Shown here in pieces: positions 51,601-64,000 of a DNA stretch of 64,000 bases. Source of the stretch: Trichosphaerium sp. ATCC 40318 (Eukaryota; Protista; Tubulinea); assembly GCA_038496445.1 (NCBI GenBank), contig JALMLS010000256.1, positions 200,456-264,455 on the forward strand, in the 5' to 3' direction. A model generated the notes under the pieces. It worked only from the letters and a program-made list of their open reading frames with translations, was not told where the DNA came from and made no database searches. The translations under genes were made by a program, and so were the position numbers. Every line of letters begins with the position of its first letter. Positions within the stretch are counted from its first letter, which is position 1.

Positions 51601-51708
51601 AAAGTAGCCTGTGGCATACACACGTTGTCCATGCCTTGATGTTGCTCTGAATTTACATGAACACTCACATACAACCGTCCGGGTCGTTGTATACTTATGT
51701 AAGATCAT
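48680..51708 (-). CDS. Tandem WY-type helical-repeat protein with degenerate C-terminal restriction-like nuclease fold, multi-exon
   Basis: Repeats such as ICSDWYKIP, LEDWIGIP..GGFRV and KPEDWYAVP..LETLYPGYPF; C-terminal FAVYVPELKIGFIYQ...GVTVIRLPTGWD; ORF 51400-51708 splices in frame as exon 1. Confidence 0.65.
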
Positions 51709-51889
51709 TACAGTCGTTTATAGAGTTTTCAGCCCTGCTGATTTCATTGCAGCCTTAACTTTGTATTTGACGCCATCGAATCGTATAGAAGCGTATACCA
51801 CGCACGAACAAAGCAACAAACTGAAATTAACAGACAAAAAAGTCAAACCAAAAAAATCGTTACAACTTTCTTGGACTAGCACTGCAGCC

Positions 51890-52901
51890 ACTAGTTAAAT
51901 ACACTACGTAGTTTATTAGACGTCTTAGTTAATCGTAGAAACCCTCCTTTAGCCTTGGATCCTCCTAATACACCACATGAACACATTAGTACACTACCTA
52001 AGCTTACCTCCTCGCTTCCAATGCAAGAGAACTTGAAATATAAACGTTAGTAACGAAACAAGATGACAGTCACTTCTTACCATACAAAACGCTGCAAAAA
52101 ACGCCAAAATGTTGACTATAATTAAAACCAGTGCCGGGATCCATAACCACAGGTCGTCAACCTAAAGTTTGGTTGATATCAGGTTGCAAAAGCCAACCAA
52201 GCGTACCTCAGGGTCACAAGGACGATCAAAAAGACCTATTAAACTACTTTCTAGTTTTTGCTCATCTTGACACTCCTTAAACGCAGCGTAATAGCATACC
52301 TTTAATATACGTGAATATATTAACGCGTTTTAACGTATAATTAAGTACCAACTGAACATAACCAAACACCCACGAAATGATATTGGCTGCCCCAAAACAA
52401 ATTAACCATTGCTTTCCTTTTGTAATAGCGCCGTATATACCTATTGAAATAGTCACGACACAAAGTGTTGGCGTTAACACTTCAGCGGCTTGTCATCAAC
52501 GCGTCGGAGTACCTGCTGCGCCTAGCAGAAATAGGAGTACACCATTTAGTGACGCAATTACGTAATCCTCTACGTCGTTATCCCTAATGTTATTTTAGAA
52601 TTATGTATTAACTTTCGAAATATTTTAGTGTACCTGTTGTCTTCAGTAGCGATGAGGGCAATCAGAATCTATTATTAATAAGTGGTAATATGTACAGCAT
52701 CTAAACAACTAAAGACCAACACCGAAGAGCGCCTTTCAAAGCCAAGACTACCCCTGGAACCCCCCAAAAAACCCAAACAATAAAAACTACAAAATCACGT
52801 GCCCAGTAAGGTATTGATGTAGCAATAATCAACAGGCCCGATATAATGGTCAATATCATAAGAACTATGATACTCTTAGAAGTAGACTCCTTGTCTGGCA
52901 T
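51890..52901 (-). CDS. Multi-pass membrane protein of unknown function, multi-exon
   Basis: Hydrophobic exons separated by GT-AG introns. Confidence 0.55.
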
Positions 52902-53161
52902 GTTTGTTTGTGTAATTCGCGTTTAAAAAACAAGACGTGACGTAAAAAAACTTAACGTAAAATCGCTACTATTTTAGATTCTTCAACGCCAACAAAGTCC
53001 TTTTAAGTCTATTCTTAAAGGAGCCACACCAACGATAGTTTCAAGCGCTTATGTACGCAATTGTACCTGTTACATAATTTCGGCCTACTCCGTCTTTCCC
53101 CCAAAAAGATTATGCCCTAAACCACTATTTATTGACGTTTTAATAGCATTATCGAGGCCTG

Positions 53162-55503
53162 ATGCGCATTTTGTTGCTCACAGTATTAATATGTCTTGCA
53201 GTTGTCTTTTTCTGCTCTGCACACGCGTCTTCTAAAGGTATGCGATACCTAATACGCGTGGTGGTCTTCATATGAAGTTACAACAAATTCAGCTAACAAG
53301 GACTGTAGCAACGCACCACGCTAAGCTGTACTCCAGGATAAGACGAAGATCCTTGCAACAAACGCCTACATCGCCTGTAGCTCCTACAGACCCTGTAGCA
53401 CCAACACGAGCACTGACAAGGCCTATTGTGTACGATTTACTCGAGTTTGATTCACCATACTTCAAAGTACGTTGTCAATAATTCCTAATCCGCCTCTACG
53501 AGATTTTTAAACTCTACAAAGCACAAGCAGTATTTGGAAACCAAATACTACATTTTTATTGCTTGCCGTTTTTTTTATTGTTGACATTGTTCTTTTTAAG
53601 GAAGTTGCTGGTGTTACTGCTATTGGTATTGTCTTTATGATATTGAGTTTGCTTATACTCATATTTATTTGTATCTGTGGTATCTGTAACTTTAATTCTA
53701 ACTTGAAGGAGCATAAAAGCGGATCGGTACACATATATCTGGTTTTGTTTTTTGCAAAGTTCACAATCTTGACGTCACTAGTTACAGAAACTACAAATTT
53801 TTTTCTTTTTTTTTGCGTTTTTTTGGATTTGTTTACTCTTTACTTCGCTTGCGAACTTTTTTTTCTAAAGGGTGGTTTCACTTGGCGTCATAGAACATTC
53901 TGGAGAGGTATATTCTTGATTTTATGTCTTCTTATCTTGTACGTTTTGTAGCTTTTTGGGTTTTTTTTGGGCTTGAAGTTCTTTTTTTTTTTTGAACGCC
54001 TCTCACTGATGACGTAGTGTTGGATGTATTTTGATTTGGATACAAACAAATTTGGTATCCAGAAGAATCACTAGACCTCTAGAGAATCCTGTTGCAGATG
54101 TCAAGGGTGCGTTTGAACTTGAATGTTTTTTCAAGCTGGTTTGTTACTTACTTCTCTTTTCAGCTCTTCTCATTCGAGTTGAGGGTCAATTAAATCGGGT
54201 TGATGCTCTAGTTACTGCATTTAATACCCTTCAAGTACCAACCAGCACTGGATCAATACAACAAATTACTCTACCATCTGAAGTCGGCCAGATTACAAAC
54301 GATATTGTAAAAATTAGACGAAACATTGATGACGTAACTGAGAAATATATTGAATCAGGCAACAGGATCAGGAATATAGTACTATCAGTATTGATGGCTT
54401 TTGTTGGTATCACCGCTCTCATTGGTGTTGCAGCTTCACGAAGACCTTCTTCTTGTCTTATGATTATGTACGTCATCGTAATTTTTTTTTCTGTGATTTA
54501 CTTCTTTGATAACACTCTCATGTTGCGTACTTAGTTTCTGTGTTTTCTGTGCTATTTCGTTTATTATCCTTTGGATAGCATCTTCGTCACATACTCTCAT
54601 ATGGAAGGGTGTCTATGATACCTGTAATAAGGACAGTAAGTACAAACTTGTTTTTGACTATTTTTTTTCCTTTTCCGCTTTTTTATTTTCTTAACGTGTA
54701 ACTTAGATGAGTATGACAACTTGATTGAAACTGTTTGGGAGGCTTGCTCTATCGAAACTTTCAACAGATTTACAATTAAATTGAATGAAGCTTCTGATGA
54801 TGCTTTGATTGGTATAAGATCTATTTCGCCAAAATCTGCAGGCACATCAATAGATGATGTTATAGGTGTAGATGTTGATGTATGTTACCAGTTTATTGTA
54901 TTGTTGTAGTACTTATTTATCTGCTAGCAAATATTGGCTTCTATACCACAAGACGCCAAGGTTAGACCTGATGGTAATGCAACAACTATTGTAAGAGCGT
55001 TGGAGGTAAGTTGCTAGTTTAGTTTTTCTTTTCGCTTGTTTTTCAAGGTGTATGCTTACTAACTTGCTTTTAGGCCATTCGCCTTTTCCAAGAGTTCTTA
55101 GATTTAGTAGATGATGTCATTGCAACACGCCCATGTACTAATCTACGTCAAGCATGGCTTGGTATTAGAAAGAATAACATCTGCGGAGAGTTTGTGTAAG
55201 TATTTTTAAGAAGGATTATTGTTAGCTGACTCTTATCTTCTTTTTAGCGGTAGTATGGGATCTCTTGCTGTAGCATTAGGTTTATTAGCTGGAAGTCTTC
55301 TTGTAGCACTATTCTTTGGTTACTTTGCGTGGACAAGAGGTAAGCCTTCATTGAATAATTCTTGTATTGTTTTTTTCTTCTCATGCATGTTTTCAGGAGC
55401 CTTTTTCAAGCTAGATGATGCTTCAAGTGAAATGGATAACCATGAATATGATAGAGCAGCTGAAACGGCCGCAGAGACTAAGGAATTAGAGTCTGTATCG
55501 TAA
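53162..55503 (+). CDS. Signal-peptide multi-pass membrane protein, Tweety/prominin-like topology
   Basis: MRILLLTVLICLAVVFF; TM helices with Cys-rich ends alternating with long helical loops. Confidence 0.55.
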
Positions 55504-56778
55504 GGAGGTTATGAGAAAAGCCTTTCATGTGTTATTTAAAAAAAAACAATGTAAAACGAGTTTGAAAACAATAAACGTTGAACAATACCATTAAAAAGCA
55601 ACCACTAGTAATACTTGCAATTCTTTGTCTTTATTACAGTGAAAAACGGTTGTGTTGAACTGAGACCCTTCACTCAAAGGTCGAAAAACTAGTTTACTTT
55701 ACGCAAGTACAAAAGACCGCTCTTGACTGTACATGCTTTTTTTCGAATTTGATTTTGCGAACTTCCTCAATAAGCAACGTGGCTCACTATCCTCTTTCTT
55801 CGTTATGCCAAGTACGTCATGGCCGCTCAACGCTATCTACGTGTAAACAGCAAAAAACCTTCCAAAACCTCACTTCTGTACCATCAACAAAGATAACATC
55901 GCTTAGCTGTAAGTTTTTACCCAGCGAAACGTTTACGTGCTCGAACGAGCGAATCAAAATTCTCCAAAAACCATCTCACGTGATCACAACACTATTGGAT
56001 CTTATTAGAAGATAACCTAGCTGTTTGATGGCTTTTTAAAAATGATAACACAAAGGCGTTTGAGGTTTGTACTTTGTTTCATTGCTCAGCAAGCAAGTAA
56101 GTTGGTTTTTATTTTGTATGGCTCTTTTTTATTTTTCTTACAGCCTTCGACACTTTTTTGGAGTATAATCGAGATTTTGTATCTTGTCACGTGATTAACC
56201 ACGTGCGAAGACATTATAGAATACTAAGCCAAAACACTCCCCGATTGCATTCCGAGTATAACAGGTACCTCATAAAGAACGTAGGAGCATTTTACCTTAC
56301 TTCTGTGCAGGTAACGAAATTCAAAAAATGTTTCTTTAGGTTTGTTCACCTTCACTCTGGTGTACGTTAGTTATTTTTTAGAATGTATTTCCGTTACGCA
56401 CATTAGGTTTAATACGCACTAGATGGATTGAGAAAAAAAGGCTAACGAGTGAGTTTGCTGGCGTGGAATGCGCGAAAATAATAAAAAACCCTAGCTATTT
56501 CCGAAGGGCTCTACGGTTCATATAACAGTTACAGCAATGAATGTACACGATTCAACTACTGCTAATACTGCTGTCATATATGCGACCATTACATCAACGC
56601 TTACCGGAATACTACCATACACTATAAAAAGAGCTCCTATACAGGACACTATATAAAACTAAAACACCCAAAAAAACTACCACATTTTGCCGTGTTATGT
56701 GTATTAATTGTTAACAAACTATCAAGCGTGCGCAACGACTCAAAGGCACCAACGCTCGCTTCCGAATAACTACAAAAT

Positions 56779-59700
56779 ATGTCTCGCCTCACAGCGACAT
56801 ACCTGTTTATTGTCTTCGCACTAGTAACAATTGTGCCAGCGCACCTTCTCATCGATGACTTCAACGATGCTGCTGCCACAGAAGCAACTCCAATGAATAT
56901 AAGGTCTACAGTTGATACAGTAAATGCTCCTAACAGTACCATCATTGGAGGCGTAAGAAACCTTACAGCAGTGTTTCAAACGTCTGTTTTACCTGACGGG
57001 CGTATATCTTGTACAGTAACAGGAAGATCGGATTCAAGAGAAGGACTTTTTACGCTTAGTGCTGATGTCGGCTTTCAAGGTGACTGCGAGAGTGAATATC
57101 CTATTGATGCTATTGAGCCTTTGGACCTTGTGGAAGCACAATGTGGTAAGAGATTGTGATACCATTTTCTTCGTAGTTTTAAGTTTTTTTCTTGTATCTT
57201 TTTTAAAACAAGAGTGAGCGCTTTCACGTGTTTATACGCGCGTAGAAAATAGCGTCCTTCACTCTTAAAAATTAGCGTAGTTTTTTGGCAAAGGACAGCG
57301 TTGTGTTTCTGATTTTTAGTTTCTTTCACGTGTTCTACTGAAGTGACACAAAAAAAAAAGCCGTTTCACTACCACGTGGTTGTATACTCACTTAATCCTC
57401 TTAGATTGCTGGTATGCACAAGTTGAGCGTTCTGATGCTGATACCATTGTTTCATTTACTGCTACAAACACAAATGGAGATGATTTGACATCAACTGCTC
57501 AAATTGAAGATCTTCTCAATACTTTTACAGATAACAATGATCTTTGCGCTCCTTTTGTAGCACCAGTAGATCAGTACAGAATGATCAATAATATAAAAGT
57601 AACAGCCGATCCAATACGTGTTGGTGGTGATCTTGCTCTTGATTTTGTTTGCTGTGCACCTAGCTTATCATGGTACGTCAAATAACATTCTTTGTGATGT
57701 TTTTTTTTCTTGGTTAGGTCTTATCAAAAAAAATTACGTTTTTTGTTGTGTTGCTCTTGTCGAATCACATGCGTTTTATTTATCTTTAATTTTAGCTGGC
57801 ATAATATATCGGGTGTTAATGATCCTGCTCGACCAGGTACGAAGTTACTAAAAACTCATTCACATGTGCCTCATAATCTGCAGGAGATATTTTAAAAGTA
57901 GAGTTTTTTTGTCAGAATTATATATCGCTACCTCCGCAGATACAGACAGCAATGATGCGTTTCCCTTTCCCAGAAGCTATAGGCACATTACAAAATCCAA
58001 ACTGCAACCAGCCTGTACGTTTGACTTTTTATATCTAGCGAGGGTTGTGGGAGATTAGTTTTTAGGCGAAGAATTGTTTTGCTTATATTCTTTCTGTCAT
58101 TCGCTATCTAAACCTCTATTTAGCATTTCCTACAAATTGATGATAACGCTGCTTCTGTACGCGCTAATATTGCTGAAAATGAAACCGTAGCATGCATGTT
58201 CGAAATACTACTAACAGGTAAGAAAATGAATGAATTTTTTTACCTTGTTCGCAAGTTCGTTTCACACGTGTCACTTTAAACAAAATTCATAAATCCAGTT
58301 ATATTCTTTGAAATTTTTGTATTTTATTTCTACTCCCAACAGTTATTTATGGAGTTTTATATGTTATTTACAAACTCAAAAAATGTGCTATTTTGAAATC
58401 AAACTTGAAGTGTCTTTTGTAGATTATTCTCATTGAGATTTAGGCGGTGGTTTTGTGGACAATATTAAGCTGGATATTTTTAACGAAGTGTCAAAATTAA
58501 ACTTTACATCTGGCACCGGTGGCAACAGGTAAGAGCATGAAGAATAAAAAGAAACCAACCCATTTCCCTACTAACTTCTTTTTGTAGAGTGGGTAGTCTT
58601 GCTTTTTGCGAACAACCTCAACCAAGTAACCTGACTGTTATAGACCCACCAACAACTCTTCCACCAACTACAGAGCCACCAACAACCGAGCCTCCTACTA
58701 CGGAGCCACCAACAACGGAGCCTCCAACTACGGCGCCACCAACAACAGAGCCGCCTACTACGGAGCCACCAACAACGGAGCCACCAACAACAGCGCCACC
58801 TACCACAGCGCCGCCGACAACAGCGCCACCTACAACGGCACCACCTACAACGGAGCCACCAACAACACAGCCACCAACAACGGCACCACCTACAACGGCA
58901 CCACCAACAACACAGCCACCAACTACGCAACCGCCTACGACAGCACCGCCAACAACGGAACCACCAACCACGGAACCGCCAACCACGGCACCACCTACAA
59001 CAGCTCCACCTACGACGATGCCGCCAACAACACAGCCACCAACTACCGCACCACCTACAACAGCTCCACCTACGACACAACCACCAACAACAATGGTACC
59101 AACAACCTCTGCACCTACCACAGAGCCACCAACCACACAGCCACCAACTACAACTGTGCCAACTACAGCTCCACCAACGACACAGCCACCTACCACAATG
59201 GTACCAACGACCGCTCCTCCAACTACGGCTCCACCGACAACAGAACCACCAACGACGGCGCCGCCTACTACAGCTCCTCCTACAACACAGCCGCCTACTA
59301 CTCAACCTCCAACGACGGCGCCACCAACTACCGCTCCACCAACGACAGAGCCACCAACGACGGCACCTCCAACTACAGCTCCACCAACAACACAGCCACC
59401 GACCTCGTTGCCGCCAACTACGGCGCCACCAACAACTGCGCCTCCTACCACTGAACCTCCTACGACACAGCCTCCTACCACGGCTCCTCCTACGACGCAG
59501 CCACCAACAACAGAGCCACCAACCACAGCGCCTCCTACAACAGCGCCACCAACGACGGAGCCACCTACTACACAACCGCCAACAACAGGGCCACCAACAA
59601 CGGCGCCACCAACGACACAGCCGCCTACGACCCAGCCGCCAACTACAGCCCCACCTACTACTCAACCACCAACCACAGAACCGCCTACAACTGCTCCTCC

Positions 59701-62700
59701 AACTACGGCGCCACCAACCACAGAGCCACCTACAACTCAACCTCCAACTACAGGACCTCCAACAACCGCGCCACCAACAACGCAGCCTCCTACCACAGCG
59801 CCACCTACGACGGCTCCTCCTACCACTCAGCCACCAACAACACAGCCACCTACCACTGCGCCACCAACAACAGCCCCACCTACAACGGAGCCTCCAACAA
59901 CCGCGCCACCAACTACAGCGCCTCCAACGACGCAGCCGCCAACTACAGAACCACCTACTACACAGCCGCCTACAACGGCACCACCAACCACGCAGCCACC
60001 TACCACACAACCACCAACAACGGCGCCTCCTACAACAGCTCCTCCAACTACTGAGCCGCCTACAACAGCTCCTCCAACGACGGCTCCTCCAACAACACAG
60101 CCGCCTACAACGCAGCCGCCAACGACTGAACCACCAACAACACAGCCTCCAACAACCGAGCCGCCTACTACGCAACCACCAACCACGGCGCCTCCAACAA
60201 CAGCTCCACCTACTACACAACCTCCAACAACGGCTCCTCCAACAACAGCTCCGCCAACAACACAGCCGCCTACTACGCAACCGCCAACTACGGCTCCGCC
60301 AACAACAGCGCCTCCAACAACAGAGCCTCCAACGACGGAACCTCCAACAACGGAACCTCCAACCACACAGCCTCCAACCACGCAGCCACCAACAACAGCG
60401 CCCCCTACGACGGCTCCTCCAACAACAGAACCACCTACAACACAGCCGCCAACAACGGCTCCTCCAACAACACAACCACCTACAACGCAGCCGCCAACTA
60501 CACAGCCTCCAACAACAGCTCCACCTACAACAGCTCCACCAACAACAGAGCCTCCAACAACAGAGCCACCTACGACGCAGCCGCCCACCACAGAACCACC
60601 TACAACACAACCACCTACAACAGCGCCACCAACTACAGAACCTCCAACTACGGCGCCTCCAACTACAGAACCTCCTACAACTGCACCGCCAACAACGCAG
60701 CCGCCAACAACAGAGCCGCCAACAACAGCACCTCCAACCACGCAGCCTCCTACAACAGAGCCTCCAACAACGGAACCTCCGACTACGGCGCCTCCAACAA
60801 CAAGACCTCCAACTACGAACCCACCAACAACGGAGCCACCTACAACAAACCCTCCAACTACAGAGCCGCCAACTACAGAGGCGCCTACTACAGCACCACC
60901 CACCACAGAGCCTCCTACAACAGAACCGCCAACAACGAGGCCTCCAACAACAGAACCACCACAACACGTGCTCCAACAACAAATCCACCAACAACGGAAC
61001 CTCCAACAACACGTCCACCAACAACAGAACCTCCTACGACGCGTCCACCGACAACAGAGCCACCAACTACATTACCACCAACAACAAGCCCTCCAACAAC
61101 TGTCATACCTACTACGTTACCTCCTACTACTCTTCCTCCAACAAGAGTTTGTCCACCGTTCTCAACAACACCACCTATTATGAATACATACAGAGTATTG
61201 AACCATCCAGGTGGTATTCAAAGACCTCCAGATTACTGTCTACGTCTTGATGCTTTATCTCCTGGAAACGTACGTACTAATTTTTTTTGAAAACATGTGA
61301 CAGAACGTTTACAAAATGTTTGTTTTTTCTGATGCTGTTGTTCTTCGCTTACTAAAATTTACTAGGTTGTTACGTTCGATTGTGAGGCAGGACCAGAGCT
61401 ATACATTCGCATAGATAGTGAACAGAATATTGTTAGAATCGTTGGTAATGTTATGGGAGGTATAGATACAGGTACAGAAATACCTGTACCTCAAATGCTC
61501 GAGATTGATATCACATACACGTACGCTCTGAGAAAATACCTTTAACCCCTCTTCTCATGTTTAAACTTACCGTATGGGTTATTTATACCAAAAAATATAG
61601 TGGACTCCATTTTACGTTTGAAACAAAACAACCAAAGCTAATTGGTTTTTTTTCTTTCACGTTTTTTTTCACGTATCTATATGTATCATTTGCGGAGTTT
61701 TTGTTAATGTATTTATGTGTTTAGTGGCTTGACTTTTACTGGTGCTGCTCCAGAAATGGGTATAACAATAGCAACAGAAGGCATGGGTATAATGAGATTC
61801 AATGGTGAAGTATTTGTGGTCATGGGTAAAATGTCACAAGAATCATTGACCTCACTTGAAATTTTCAGACCTCATCTCGGCGTTGTTGATGTATTCTCAC
61901 TATTGTACGCTACCCATACACAAAACTTGAGAACTTTGAATTTAACGTTAAACAACACAACAAGAAGTATACTTCTTTGTGTTTCGTCTTTTTGTTTGTT
62001 GGTTTTTTTTTTACCACGTGCCGAATTCTTGGCTTACATTCTTGTTTAGCGGTTGGTTGAAGATTGCCAGACCGGGTGAAGCTTTCAACACACAATATGT
62101 TAACGATTGGCAAGCTACAATTGGTCCATGTGTATTCTGTGACCAAATCTTGGCAACACCAAGTGGTGGAAACATTGTCCCTACCACAGAGTCGCCTACA
62201 GTTACAACACCACAACCGACAAACTCACCAACAAGAGTACCAACACCAATGCCAACGGCAGCACCAACAGCAATACCAACTGCAGCACCAACGGCAGTGC
62301 CAACCAACTCACCTACAGACGCACCAACAATAGCTCCTGCTTCGGCGCCTGTTACAGCATCGCCAACGGCAATGCCAACAGCTACCCCAACGGCAACACC
62401 TACAGCAATGCCTACAGCAATGCCTACAGCTAGTCCAACAGCTACCCCAACAGCAACGCCTACAGCAACGCCAACAGCTACCCCAACGGCGGCACCAACG
62501 GCAACGCCGACTGTTGCTCCAACTGAACCACCTACAAACGTTGTTACACCAATAATGTCACCAGTATCAGATATGTTTGATGGCTGCGGACTACCTGCTT
62601 TATGCCCTGAGGATTGCCCATCATGTACTCAATGTGATTTCATGTGTCAATGCAATGGATGCGATTTTGAAAATCCTTCTTGTCTTTTCATTACAGCAAA

Positions 62701-63904
62701 CCAAGGTAAACACCACACTGTTTTTGCCATTGGCTTTTTATCAACTGCTTAAAATCTCCCCTAGGTGATGTTTCCGTACCTGATACTGTACCGAGATGTT
62801 TAGTCATTGGTCCTGGTGTTACAATCACGGGATCAGTACGCTTTTTTTTATAACCGTCACGTGCTAAAGGGTTTTTAGATCACTGGTACTACATCTATCG
62901 ATTGCGTATTACTTTCTGCTGGATCCACAGTTACAGGAAATATTAACTTGGGTGGAAACACTGATTGCTTACGTACAGAAGCAGCTACTGTCGAAGGAAC
63001 CATCAACGGCGGTATGTGTCAATTAATAAGAACTTCAGAAACAAAGAGGACCACTCAACAATAATCTCTAATAATCTTCTTTTTATAGGATCTCAAGGCG
63101 ATTGTATTGAACTTAATGCGTTATCTAATGTCCAAGATATTATTTTGGGTTCTGGAGACAACTGTGTTAAAGCAGTATCCGGAGCTACAACAGGACCAAT
63201 CACAGGTGGATCTGGAGATGATTGTATTCGTGCTTCAGGAGTATCTATACTATCCACAATTGACCTCGGAAGCGGTGACGATTCTGTTACCATAGATACA
63301 GCAACCACAGGATCTATCTCAAGTACGTAGTTAAAGAATACAAAAAAATCTTAGAGCACAATGACGAGATTTCTAATTTCTTACTTTAGCCGGTGACGAC
63401 ATGGATTGTGTATGGCTCACAAATGCCTTCACAGGAGAAGTTAGTGTCGGTGAAGATATGGATACTATCAGTATATTTGGAACAAATACTACAATAATTG
63501 ATGCTGGATCAGATGATAGTTGTGTAACAGTTAGGGACAGATCACTCGTAAATGGAATTGAAGGAAGTGCTGGATCTGATATTGTAAATGTTTTCAATTC
63601 ATTCGTATCTGGATCACTTAATACAAACTCTGGAAATGATTACATCACCGTCGCTGGAATAACAGGAGAATTAACCGGTGTCGGTGCTGGTATTAATGGA
63701 GGAGCTGGAGTCGATAATATTATCGTACAAGGCGCTTCTATTAACAGCATGTTCGGAGGAAGTGACAATGATTGTCTTGAAGGTAGAAGAAATACAGCAC
63801 CTCAAGGCGGTACCGTCAATATTTCTGGTAATGGTGGTACAGATGTATGCGCTTCTGATGGCACTGGTTCATTTGCAGAGTGCGAATCTACATTTTCACT
63901 TTAA
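56779..63904 (+). CDS. Giant secreted mucin-like protein: globular domains, xPPTT array, PTA array, Cys cluster and RTX-like GGxGxD repeats; 1-nt frameshift at ~60960
   Basis: Signal peptide; exons joined by GT-AG introns; the repeat register continues in the shifted frame after 60960; GSGDDCI, GGAGVDNI and GNGGTDVC repeats. Confidence 0.75.
58646..61145 (+). repeat. Coding 15-nt tandem array, roughly 165 units of (A/E/Q)PPTT
   Basis: Directly visible; third codon positions vary freely. Confidence 0.97.
62180..62540 (+). repeat. Coding 12-nt PTAx tandem array
   Basis: PTAM/PTAT/PTAA units. Confidence 0.9.
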
Positions 63905-64000
63905 ACAATATAAATTTGTAGAAAAGAAAAAGAGCTACTTACACTTATCCAATTTTATAAACAAACAGCCAGTAAAAAAACAATAAAATAGCTTTAGAAA

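Noticed and set aside
58571-61106. Long minus-strand ORFs (817-aa W/C/R-rich; VVGG repeats)
   Set aside because: Antisense shadows of the PPTT array; third-position variation fits the + strand frame
58646-61145. CRISPR-like array
   Set aside because: Contiguous 15-nt coding units with no unique spacers and no cas genes; eukaryotic context
1-64000. Stop-codon reassignment explaining the fragmented ORFs
   Set aside because: Breaks in conserved genes coincide with GT-AG introns, and TAA, TAG and TGA all terminate genes

Overview
AT-rich, intron-rich eukaryotic DNA with short GT-AG introns and a standard genetic code. The gene set (class C GPCR with a periplasmic-binding ectodomain, arrestin-domain proteins, F-box/LRR and F-box/MORN genes, a WY-repeat protein) points to an amoebozoan-like protist; this assignment is inference. 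About 15 spliced host genes are present: arylsulfatase, CBS protein, two arrestin-domain proteins, a CTL/PNS1 transporter, a haspin-like kinase, a divergent MTO1/GidA, an AlkZ-like glycosylase, the GPCR, cyanase, Hikeshi, a repeat-nuclease-like protein, two membrane proteins and a giant mucin-like protein. There is also one intronless PhyH-RWD-DUF1115 fusion gene. Between these genes lie four accessory islands (~3.7-8.7, ~16.6-19.5, ~24.7-28.1 and ~38.5-44.6 kb). The islands reuse the same few cassettes in different order and orientation: an F-box-LRR gene (3 copies), F-box-MORN genes and relics (5 or more), an NLS/acidic orphan gene (2 copies) and a module carrying an 89-aa orphan ORF (2 copies). 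They carry microhomology deletions, a micro-inversion, a snap-back insertion and a 34-nt hypervariable patch. No transposase, reverse transcriptase or terminal repeats are visible. Exon limits were read by eye and are approximate, and several single-base frameshifts may be assembly errors.
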